DNA of 54,266 nucleotides from Candidatus Thorarchaeota archaeon. Its GTDB lineage: Archaea > Asgardarchaeota > Thorarchaeia > Thorarchaeales > Thorarchaeaceae. The stretch lies in NCBI GenBank assembly GCA_019894665.1, contig JAGXOC010000005.1, positions 6,724-60,989 on the forward strand. The letters are read 5' to 3'. The notes under the pieces were generated by a model. It was not told where the DNA came from. It worked only from the letters and a program-made list of their open reading frames with translations, and ran no database searches. Of this stretch, positions 8,579 to 16,728 are shown one piece after another. The translations under genes were made by a program, and so were the position numbers. The number at the start of each line of letters is the position of its first letter. Position 1 is the stretch's first letter.

Positions 8579-11386
8579 ATGACTGAGTGGTACAGTAACG
8601 ACATCGATTACGTTATGAAACGCCTTGATACATCAACAGAAGGTTTCTCAAGCGCAGAGGCTGAGGCCAAGTTCAATGAATATGGACCGAATGAGCTTGT
8701 TGAGACTGGAGGTATCAGTCTATTTCGTATGTTCTTCCAGCAGTTCATGGACCCCATGGTGATTATTCTTCTCATAGCCATTGCTATCTCATTAATCACA
8801 ACTTTGCTATCATCTGGGTCTGAACACGAGAGCGGTATAATTGATGCAATTGTCATATCTGCGATTGTGATTTTCAATGCTATCTTTGGTTTTGTTCAGG
8901 AATACAAGTCTGAGCAAGCATTAGAGGCACTGAAGGAGATGGCTGCACCCAAAGCTAGGGTGAAACGAGATGGTTTATGGACCGTCATTGACTCACGTGA
9001 AATTGTACCTGGTGATCTGCTTGGTTTTGATGCTGGGGATCGTATTGCAGCTGATGCTCGAGTTACCTATGCTGTTGGTCTATCAGCTGACGAAGCTCCG
9101 CTCACTGGAGAATCTGTTGCTGTTCGAAAGATGATTGATCCAATTCACCTTACTAGTCCTGTTGTCGGTGACATGAAGAACATGGTGTTCCAAGGGACCA
9201 TAATCACGGCCGGAAAGGGTCGAGCAGTTGTGACTGCAACAGGAATGAGTACTCAGTTTGGCAAGATTGCCGAACTCGTCCAAGAGAGCGAAAAGGACAT
9301 GACTCCCCTCCAGATTGACCTGGATGATCTCGGCAAGAAACTGGGACTGCTAATCATCGTTCTTTGTATCATCGTATTTGGCGCTGAGGTCCTTCAGCAA
9401 GCTGCTGAATCTGTCATGGAAGCACTCCTGGCCGCTATTGCGCTCGCAGTTTCTGCTATCCCTGAAGGCTTACCCGCTGTTGTCACAATTACACTCGCAA
9501 TAGGCGTTCAACGTATGGTCGCGAGAAATGCGATTGTCCGAAGACTCCCCTCTGTGGAAACCTTAGGTTCTACAACTATCATTTGTTCAGATAAGACTGG
9601 TACAATCACAAAGAATGAGATGACCGCCATAACTTTGTTTGTGAATGGAATGACAATCTCTGTTAGTGGTGTAGGATATAATAGAGCTGGCAAATTCACG
9701 AGAGCCAGTGAAGATTACGGTGTCATGGGGGACCCGCATGTTGTCAAACTGCTTGAAATAGGACAACTTTGTACTAACTCAGTTCTACAGCCTGACGTTT
9801 CTGGAAAAGCCGATTGGAGTGTGGTTGGTGACCCCACTGAAGGCGCCCTTCTCGTGCTCGCAGAAAAAGCAGGTCTTACTCATCAAGATACTCTCTCTCG
9901 CAATACTGAGTTAACAGAGATTTCATTCGACTCCTCAAGGAAGAGGATGACCTCAATCATTCAGGATGAAGATGGAAAACTTGTCGCCAACGCGAAAGGA
10001 GCTCCTGAAGTTCTACTACCTCTCTGTAGTCACATCTATGAGAATGATCACATTCGGGAACTATCGGACAAAGAGAAGGAATCGATAATCCAAATAAACG
10101 CAGGATTTGCGGAGAATGCCTTGAGAGTTCTTGCATTTGCTTATCGACCCCTCGAGCAGGAGATCCCTGATTGGGAACCTGAAAAAGTAGAACGCAATCT
10201 CATCTTTGTTGGACTCATTGGGATGATTGATCCACCCCGTGATGAAGTTCGAGATGCTATGCGAATATGCAAGCTGGCAGGAATTCGACCCATCATGATT
10301 ACTGGCGATCATAATCTCACCGCGCGTGCTATTGCTCGAGATGTAGGGTTGATTGAATTTGATGGTGAGGTCCTAAGCGGTGTCGAGCTTGACAAGATGA
10401 CTCCTGCGGAGTATAAAGAGGCCGTCAAGCGTTGTAATGTGTTTGCCCGAGTCGCCCCAGAGCACAAATTACAGATTATAAGTGCCCTGAAATCAAATGC
10501 TCAAGTCGTTGCTATGACAGGAGATGGGGTCAATGATGCACCTGCAATAAAGATCGCAGATGTGGGTATCGCTATGGGTATCCGTGGAGCCGACGTCACC
10601 AAGGAAGCATCAGATGTTATCCTCACTGATGATAACTTTGCTACCATCGTTTCAGCAGTAGAGAAGGGTCGAGAGATATATTCGAATATCAGAAAGTTCG
10701 TTCGATTCTTGTTAGCTGCAAACTTTGATGAAGTGTTTCTGATCTTCACAGTCATCATGCTTGGATTGCCATTACCCATAACTGCCATACAGATCTTGTG
10801 GCTCAACTTAGCAACCGATGGCTTTCCAGCACTGGCTCTTGGAGTAGATCCGTCTGAGACTGGAGTGATGAACAGACCACCTCGAAAACCCGGTGCCAAG
10901 ATGATGGACCGTGGAATGATTTCTTTCATCGTCACTGCAGGGTTTACAGCCTTTTTGGCATCATTGACTGTATTCATGTGGTCGCTTTGGGCATATGGTG
11001 GTTCGATTCCAATCAACGAAGTCATTAATTGGCATGTGGATGTTTCACCTTCTGGCTTACCTTGGGAATATGTTCTGGATCATGCTAGAACTACAGTGTT
11101 TGCAAGCGTGGTTTGTTTCGAACTATTGTTTGTGTGGAACTGCCGTGACGAATACCGTCCTGTGTGGAAAACAGAAATTCGAAGATCTAAAGTCTTGATG
11201 GGTGCGGTGGTTCTGTCAGCAGTATTAACCCTTGTCACAATCTACTTCCCACCAATGGCTGTTCTCTTTGGAACAGTACCCATTAATGCGATTGACTGGG
11301 GCGTGATTCTACTGACCTGCCTTCCCGCACTGTTAATTCCCCCACACATAATCTTTGGGCACCATCGAAAGCCACAGAAGGACTAG
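8579..11386 (+). CDS. P-type (P2A, Ca2+-type) cation-transporting ATPase (start re-assigned to ATG 8579)
   Basis: TGES, IPEGL, DKTGT, KGAPE, TGD, GDGVND and WLNLATDG motifs. Confidence 0.96.
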   Translation: MTEWYSNDIDYVMKRLDTSTEGFSSAEAEAKFNEYGPNELVETGGISLFRMFFQQFMDPMVIILLIAIAISLITTLLSSGSEHESGIIDAIVISAIVIFNAIFGFVQEYKSEQALEALKEMAAPKARVKRDGLWTVIDSREIVPGDLLGFDAGDRIAADARVTYAVGLSADEAPLTGESVAVRKMIDPIHLTSPVVGDMKNMVFQGTIITAGKGRAVVTATGMSTQFGKIAELVQESEKDMTPLQIDLDDLGKKLGLLIIVLCIIVFGAEVLQQAAESVMEALLAAIALAVSAIPEGLPAVVTITLAIGVQRMVARNAIVRRLPSVETLGSTTIICSDKTGTITKNEMTAITLFVNGMTISVSGVGYNRAGKFTRASEDYGVMGDPHVVKLLEIGQLCTNSVLQPDVSGKADWSVVGDPTEGALLVLAEKAGLTHQDTLSRNTELTEISFDSSRKRMTSIIQDEDGKLVANAKGAPEVLLPLCSHIYENDHIRELSDKEKESIIQINAGFAENALRVLAFAYRPLEQEIPDWEPEKVERNLIFVGLIGMIDPPRDEVRDAMRICKLAGIRPIMITGDHNLTARAIARDVGLIEFDGEVLSGVELDKMTPAEYKEAVKRCNVFARVAPEHKLQIISALKSNAQVVAMTGDGVNDAPAIKIADVGIAMGIRGADVTKEASDVILTDDNFATIVSAVEKGREIYSNIRKFVRFLLAANFDEVFLIFTVIMLGLPLPITAIQILWLNLATDGFPALALGVDPSETGVMNRPPRKPGAKMMDRGMISFIVTAGFTAFLASLTVFMWSLWAYGGSIPINEVINWHVDVSPSGLPWEYVLDHARTTVFASVVCFELLFVWNCRDEYRPVWKTEIRRSKVLMGAVVLSAVLTLVTIYFPPMAVLFGTVPINAIDWGVILLTCLPALLIPPHIIFGHHRKPQKD

Positions 11387-12237
11387 GCTGGAAGGCGTTT
11401 GTCGAGCCAATTGTAAAGGTCGCCGAGAACCATTTCTTTCTCTGGTTCTTCGTGAAGTTGATGGTAGAGTCCCTCGTAGAGTCTCCAGGTCTTATCAGCG
11501 GAGCTGAGATTTTCGAAGAACTCCTTACTCTTCTCTGGAATCACGAACTTGTCTGCTCCTGCCTGTTGCAGGAAGACTGGCATGATGATGTTTGGTGCAG
11601 AACGAAACGCCTCCTTGGATGCTTTCAACGCCTCCATACCAAACCGGGGTGTGATTCCTTTGAATCTTAGAGGGTCATTTTCTAACCTCTTAACATTCTC
11701 TGGGTTTCTAGAAGCGTCTGAGTAACTCAACTCACTAGTAAAGTACTTCTTCACATTCAAGACCGACAGAATACTGCCTGCGATTAGCTTTCCAGAACCG
11801 AAACCCAAGCTTTGACTAACTGCTGGACACTGCAAGAGAAGTCCATCCACTGTCTTAGGATACTTGGTGACATACCGAATTGCATTTAGACCTCCTAGTG
11901 ACGCTCCGAAGAGGTACGTAATTTTGTTCAGATATGTATCCTTCACTTGCATGACCAAGTTTTGAATATCTTCAATATACTCATCAAAACCCATGACATG
12001 ACCTTTCGTACCCGAGTAGCGTCCAAAACCCCTCAGGTCTGGGGCAAAGACAGCGATCCCCTTTTCAGCGAGCAACTCTCCAATATTCTTCATGTCCCCA
12101 GCGTGACCACCAAGCCCGTGAAGTGCAATTACAAGGGCTCTTGGTTTATCGTCATCTGGTCGCCAAAGCACCATGAACATCCTGGTTCCGTCAAAGCCGA
12201 TGTACTTGCTCTCCTTGTATATCAAAATGGACACCAC
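11383..12237 (-). CDS. Alpha/beta hydrolase, lysophospholipase/monoacylglycerol lipase-like
   Basis: HGLGGH, DLRGFGR, GASLG nucleophile elbow, D and H triad residues (ADK, YHQL). Confidence 0.9.
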   Translation of the reverse strand: MVSILIYKESKYIGFDGTRMFMVLWRPDDDKPRALVIALHGLGGHAGDMKNIGELLAEKGIAVFAPDLRGFGRYSGTKGHVMGFDEYIEDIQNLVMQVKDTYLNKITYLFGASLGGLNAIRYVTKYPKTVDGLLLQCPAVSQSLGFGSGKLIAGSILSVLNVKKYFTSELSYSDASRNPENVKRLENDPLRFKGITPRFGMEALKASKEAFRSAPNIIMPVFLQQAGADKFVIPEKSKEFFENLSSADKTWRLYEGLYHQLHEEPEKEMVLGDLYNWLDKRLPA

Positions 12238-12326
12238 TATTTGGCTGTAAGCGGCTACCGCTATTTATCTTGCCTATTCAAAAGAAGAAAGCGACTGGCC
12301 CTCAAGGACCAGTCTCAAAGCAATAA

Positions 12327-13211
12327 TTAGAATCTGTTGGGTTTTGGTTTTTCGCCTGAGTAATCATAGAAGCCCATGCCAGATTTCCTACCTAGCCAGC
12401 CTGCACGGACCATCTTCCGTAGTAGTGTAGGCGCCCTATACTTGCTGTCTTTGAATTCATCAACAAAGTAGTCTGAGATGTGAAGCGTTGTATCGAGACC
12501 CACAAAGTCAAGCAGAGTCAACGGACCCATTGGCCAATTCAATCCAAGACGAATCGACGTATCCATATCTTCTACTGTGGCTACTCCTTCCTGAATGGCA
12601 AATACTGCCTCAAGTAATGCTGGGATAAGTACGCGATTGACAGCAAACCCTGGAGCTTCATTGACTAGCACAGTTTCCTTGCCAATCTTCTTAGACACGT
12701 CCTCAATAACTTGCACAGTCGAGTCATCAGTGGCTTGTCCCTTGATGATTTCAACAAGCTTCATGACTGGGACTGGATTGAAGAAGTGCATCCCAATGAA
12801 TTTCTCAGGCCTCTTAGTCACTGCTGCCATCTGAGTAATACTAATGCTTGAAGTATTCGAAGCAAGAATGCAATGACCTGGCGCTGCCTCATCAACTTCT
12901 TTCCAATTGTCAAGTTTCAGGCTGACAATCTCTGGAATTGCTTCAATGACAAGATCTGCATCCTTCACAGCCTCTTTGAGGTCTAGAACTCCTTCTATCC
13001 TCCCGAAGATGCTATCAACCTCCTCTTGAGTAATCCTGCCCTTCTTGAGACCTCTTTCCAAGTTCTTCTTGATAGTGGCAAGGCCCTTGTCAACGAACTT
13101 CTGTTCAATATCACGCATCTTAACTTCATAACCCGCTTGAGCACAGACATGGGCAATACCATTTCCCATCAAGCCTGCCCCCAAGACTGTTATTTTTTTA
13201 ATCTCCAACAT
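12327..13211 (-). CDS. hbd: 3-hydroxybutyryl/3-hydroxyacyl-CoA dehydrogenase
   Basis: GAGLMG, ASNTSS, GMHFFNP, PMGPLTLLDFVGLD and LGRKSGxGFY motifs. Confidence 0.95.
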   Translation of the reverse strand: MLEIKKITVLGAGLMGNGIAHVCAQAGYEVKMRDIEQKFVDKGLATIKKNLERGLKKGRITQEEVDSIFGRIEGVLDLKEAVKDADLVIEAIPEIVSLKLDNWKEVDEAAPGHCILASNTSSISITQMAAVTKRPEKFIGMHFFNPVPVMKLVEIIKGQATDDSTVQVIEDVSKKIGKETVLVNEAPGFAVNRVLIPALLEAVFAIQEGVATVEDMDTSIRLGLNWPMGPLTLLDFVGLDTTLHISDYFVDEFKDSKYRAPTLLRKMVRAGWLGRKSGMGFYDYSGEKPKPNRF

Positions 13212-13385
13212 AATCCACCTCTAGTTCATTTGTAGATTGCACCTTTGGCTTGTTACTTCCTCCAAATATGTTTGACTGTCGGAGAAACTGACCGCAAGAA
13301 CAAGGATAATTATGGAGTTCCTGCTGTGAGCATTACCATTATTACTAAGACTTCTAACAATTTTGTAACTTTGGAGCTGTGGACT

Positions 13386-15062
13386 ATGGATAAGAATGAA
13401 GATGTATCGAAGGACTGCCGTTACAAGAAGAAGAATAGACGGTTATTTGTGCTAGGTCTGGTTGCTATCGCTAGTGCGTTTTGGATTTTACTTCGGACTG
13501 GAAGGAAACCAACACGCGTTTTTTATCCCTGTCAACAGGTTTCCCTTGTTAATATCCAAGTCTTTAAGGTAGCACTACTAGCGTCAATTCCGAGTATCGC
13601 ATCATTACGATCATCGCTAAGTCCTCTAAAACCGATAGCTGTGCTTGCAGTTTTGTTTGTTGGATCTGCTGCAATTATTAATGACTCTACAATGACCATG
13701 CTAGGATTTTCCTTGGCTGCAGACGATGATTACACTAGAATTCCACTTGACATTCAACCGTTAACATCTCTTAGCCCTGAGGACAGTTCAGATCTTTTTG
13801 TTGTACAGAATGCCAGTAGTCTTGAAGGTGATATGAACCCTGCAGTTGATACTCTAATCTCAATGATGGCCTCCGAAGGATTACATTTCTATAAGACCGT
13901 CACTGAACCCACAGGCTTGATTGGAAGTGATAATGTAATCATTCTGAAAGTGAACGGCCAGTGGTCTTACAGAGGAGGAACCAATACGGATCTGATCAAG
14001 AGTGTTATTGAAGCGATTCTTGATCATCCTGATGGCTTCACGGGAGAAATTGTTATAGCTGACAATGGACAGGGCTTAGGTAATCTAGATTGGTTATTTG
14101 CTAATGCCTTCAATCATAGCCAGGCGGCAACTGATGTAGCTCAATCATTTCCCGTTGAACAAGTATCGACCTTTCTTTGGGATGATTTGCGGCCCTATAC
14201 TGTTGATGATTATGACGAGGTCGATTTTGCTGACGGATATGTCCTGAGTTCTGACTGGAACAACGAAACACAGATGTTTGTGTCATATCCTAAGTTTCAG
14301 ACCTCAAATGGTGTATATCTCAGTTTCAAAAATGGTGTCTGGGAAAATGGAACTGGTTTTGATTCAGACAGATTGAAGGTCATCAATATGCCTGTTCTAA
14401 AGACCCATATGCGTTATGGAGTTACGGCATCTGTCAAGCATTATATGGGTGTTCCAAAGGGTCATATTGTATCCTCGGTTGATCCCGGCATCCCACACGA
14501 ACACTTCTCAATAGCGCTAGGTGGGATGGGCACTCTGATGGTTGAAACCAGAGCTCCAATCTTGAACATTTTAGACATGATTTGGGTGAATCCCCATCCA
14601 CTTGAGAGTTCAGAGAGACGTGGTCCATGGTCTACGTACACATCTGCTAAGTTCACAGACATCATCGGTGTCAGTCAAGATCCGGTCGCTTTGGACTATT
14701 GGTCTACAAAGAATGTTCTGATCCCCACTGCTGCATATTTGGGGTATACAGAATTCTCGTCACTGGATCCTGACTATGAACCTCTCAGTGACCCTTTCAT
14801 TGGGTCCCAAGGAATGGATGAATCGTTTGCCAATTACCTGCATCGGTCAGAAGATGTCCTCAGGGATGCAGGCTTTCAAGTGACGACAAATACATCAGAG
14901 ATGAATGTGTTTGTGTCAGAGATGTCAGGTAATCCTCCTGGTACTTCAACAAACGAACCTGATCCTGGATTCATTCTTGACCCAGTCATGCTAGCCATTG
15001 CAATCCCACTTTCTGCCGGAATAATTGTCCTTGCTGCAGTTATGGCCAGACGAAGAAATTGA
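13386..15062 (+). CDS. DUF362-domain membrane-anchored protein
   Basis: IILKVN, PVLKTH..GVTASVKHYMG and DPVALD motifs; N-terminal TM segments and a C-terminal TM helix followed by RRRN. Confidence 0.7.
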   Translation: MDKNEDVSKDCRYKKKNRRLFVLGLVAIASAFWILLRTGRKPTRVFYPCQQVSLVNIQVFKVALLASIPSIASLRSSLSPLKPIAVLAVLFVGSAAIINDSTMTMLGFSLAADDDYTRIPLDIQPLTSLSPEDSSDLFVVQNASSLEGDMNPAVDTLISMMASEGLHFYKTVTEPTGLIGSDNVIILKVNGQWSYRGGTNTDLIKSVIEAILDHPDGFTGEIVIADNGQGLGNLDWLFANAFNHSQAATDVAQSFPVEQVSTFLWDDLRPYTVDDYDEVDFADGYVLSSDWNNETQMFVSYPKFQTSNGVYLSFKNGVWENGTGFDSDRLKVINMPVLKTHMRYGVTASVKHYMGVPKGHIVSSVDPGIPHEHFSIALGGMGTLMVETRAPILNILDMIWVNPHPLESSERRGPWSTYTSAKFTDIIGVSQDPVALDYWSTKNVLIPTAAYLGYTEFSSLDPDYEPLSDPFIGSQGMDESFANYLHRSEDVLRDAGFQVTTNTSEMNVFVSEMSGNPPGTSTNEPDPGFILDPVMLAIAIPLSAGIIVLAAVMARRRN

Positions 15063-15064
15063 TC

Positions 15065-15688
15065 CTATTGTTTGCAGTATCTGAACGTACATCGCTTGTC
15101 ACCAGACGCAATGGTCTCATGACGAGTAAACCCTATCCAGCTCTCAATGACGTCTGCTAGGATGTTTTCATAATCACAGAGTATAGGTCCCAACTCAGGT
15201 TTACCTGCCTCTCGAAGGATATCAAAATAGAGGCATTTCTGAATGTCGAAACCGAAGCATCCCTCCTCCTGGTCGACCTCTACAACTTGAAAATGTTCGT
15301 CGTTGTAGTTCGCTTCGTTGCCCTTTCGTGCCCATTCGACAAACGCTTCCCATGGATTGACAGACTGCTCGAGCGCTGCTACTTCAGCCTTGAAGAAATC
15401 CTGAAGCATTGCCCTGTAAATGGAAATTACGGTTTCTTTAAGCTCATTGAAGGAGGCTCTGACTTCACACATCACATCATCCAATGCCATCACGAAGAGT
15501 GAGTTGACACCGTGCCTTTTTGCGATTGGATCTCTCAGCATATTCTCATAATTGTTGTAATGGATCTTGAACTGTCGGGTGAATAGCTTGTGCAATGGTC
15601 CTCCCTTATCGCCAAACTGTTTATTCAATTCTTGGAGGGTCAACTGGGAAAAGTAATCAATTAATTGCTGAATTGGATCTTCGGCCAT
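15065..15688 (-). CDS. L-2-amino-thiazoline-4-carboxylic acid hydrolase / V4R-like protein
   Basis: FDIQKCLY...ELGPILCDYE...RxxTIAxGxxxCxFRY pattern. Confidence 0.75.
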   Translation of the reverse strand: MAEDPIQQLIDYFSQLTLQELNKQFGDKGGPLHKLFTRQFKIHYNNYENMLRDPIAKRHGVNSLFVMALDDVMCEVRASFNELKETVISIYRAMLQDFFKAEVAALEQSVNPWEAFVEWARKGNEANYNDEHFQVVEVDQEEGCFGFDIQKCLYFDILREAGKPELGPILCDYENILADVIESWIGFTRHETIASGDKRCTFRYCKQ

Positions 15689-15835
15689 TGTGAAATCACG
15701 TTTTCTGAACTTGTGATGTTGCACAGGCATTTTGAAACTATTGGTATGCTTGTCTATGCGGTCTATTGCGGATTTCATTCACTTGAGTAGTAACAATATG
15801 TGACTCCCTTTTGTGACCCTAAGAAGTGGCTCCGC

Positions 15836-15843
15836 TATATATA
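15836..15843 (+). promoter_or_regulatory. Putative TATA box of the micro-ORF array
   Basis: TATATATA ending about 33 nt upstream of ATG 15876, consistent with archaeal promoter spacing and a short leader. Confidence 0.55.
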
Positions 15844-15875
15844 CCAAAACCGAGTAGTATTCCTTGTGAAATATC

Positions 15876-15983
15876 ATGGCTCTAACTATTAACTCTGGTA
15901 ACTCATCTGTGGTGAAGAACAAGAGAGGTCGCGGTGTATCAACCAAGGCCTTGACCTACGCTTACATGACCGTTGTAAGGTGA
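15876..15983 (+). CDS. Micro-peptide 1 (35 aa, MALTINSGNSSVVKNKRGRGVSTKALTYAYMTVVR)
   Basis: Hand-translated; paralogous to the ORFs at 16134 and 16235; shares a 21/23-nt start-region repeat with 16122-16144. Confidence 0.7.
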   Translation: MALTINSGNSSVVKNKRGRGVSTKALTYAYMTVVR

Positions 15984-15988
15984 TAGAA

Positions 15989-16117
15989 ATGGTGTACGCT
16001 GAACGACTTATCTATTGGATTTCTGCTGACCTTGGGGTGACTAGCGACTGGTCACACGGTGGTCACAGTACTGGTCAGTTAGTCTCAGAAACAGCATATC
16101 ATGTGACCAACCTATAG
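15989..16117 (+). CDS. Possible micro-peptide 2 (42 aa, MVYAERLIYWISADLGVTSDWSHGGHSTGQLVSETAYHVTNL), or a structured spacer
   Basis: ATG 5 nt after the peptide 1 stop, with an AGGTGA SD motif overlapping that stop; unrelated in sequence to the other peptides; contains hairpins. Confidence 0.4.
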   Translation: MVYAERLIYWISADLGVTSDWSHGGHSTGQLVSETAYHVTNL

Positions 16118-16133
16118 GAAGTTGTGAAAGATT

Positions 16134-16229
16134 ATGGCTCTAACAAAGAACGATAACCGATCCGTGCAGACGAACAAACGCGTGCTTCAAACCCGCGCTA
16201 TAACTCATGCTTACACCTACAGGAGGTAA
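16134..16229 (+). CDS. Micro-peptide 3 (31 aa, MALTKNDNRSVQTNKRVLQTRAITHAYTYRR)
   Basis: Shares MALT..N, SV..NKR and T[KR]A[LI]TxAY with peptide 1. Confidence 0.7.
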   Translation: MALTKNDNRSVQTNKRVLQTRAITHAYTYRR

Positions 16230-16234
16230 GATGC

Positions 16235-16303
16235 TTGACAAAGAAATACAATTCTCGAAACATCTCAACACGTGCAATTACTGACGTCTACTTTAGAAGG
16301 TAG
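16235..16303 (+). CDS. Micro-peptide 4 (22 aa, TTG start, MTKKYNSRNISTRAITDVYFRR)
   Basis: GGAGGT SD motif 7 nt upstream of TTG; the STRAITDVYFRR tail matches the other paralogues. Confidence 0.6.
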   Translation: MTKKYNSRNISTRAITDVYFRR

Positions 16304-16522
16304 AATCCATGAGTGTCCCGTCTAAACCTTATAATTTTGGTTTGAAATATAAACAAAATTATGATTTTAAGTACGTGATACAAAATAATGCTTTGAGAAT
16401 AACGCTTATAACCAAACCATATAGTAATTATGGTGTGTCCGACAAACTATATTCTGTTTGGAGTCGAACCATATCAGAGTAGAGCAATGCGACTTTCACA
16501 TTAGATTCACACCGGACAAATC

Positions 16523-16603
16523 TCCTATCTCCGAGTCTCCTAAGGTGGAGATTCAGCAGCGGCCCTCGTTTGTGTGATCCGGGGGCCGGTGCACTCCGTA
16601 GGA
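16523..16603 (+). ncRNA. Candidate structured RNA (three-helix junction) in the leader of the MFS gene
   Basis: GAGTCTCC/GGAGATTC (16533-54) and CGGCCCTCG/CGGGGGCCG (16560-88), closed by TCCTAT/GTAGGA; GC-rich relative to the AT-rich stretch upstream. Confidence 0.4.
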
Positions 16604-16728
16604 AGTTGATTGCCATGAAACGTGAAACAGAATTCCCAAACGAGTGTGCTAAAAATACATGCTCTGAGAGGGTAACAGTTTTGATTTCTTACAAAGATAT
16701 CAACCAAAAAAATGAGTGTTGAAATTTC

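Noticed and set aside
15864-16303. Micro-ORF array as a CRISPR mini-array linked to the Cas4-like genes
   Set aside because: Only two imperfect nucleotide repeats, 258 nt apart, with conservation at the peptide level; the Cas4-like pair is 24 kb away and there is no cas1 or cas2.
16309-16482. 57-codon ORF (MSVPSKPYNFGLKY...) right after peptide 4
   Set aside because: It has coupling-like spacing but runs through a very AT-rich promoter-like stretch and lacks the peptide motif; not supported enough to call, though not excluded.
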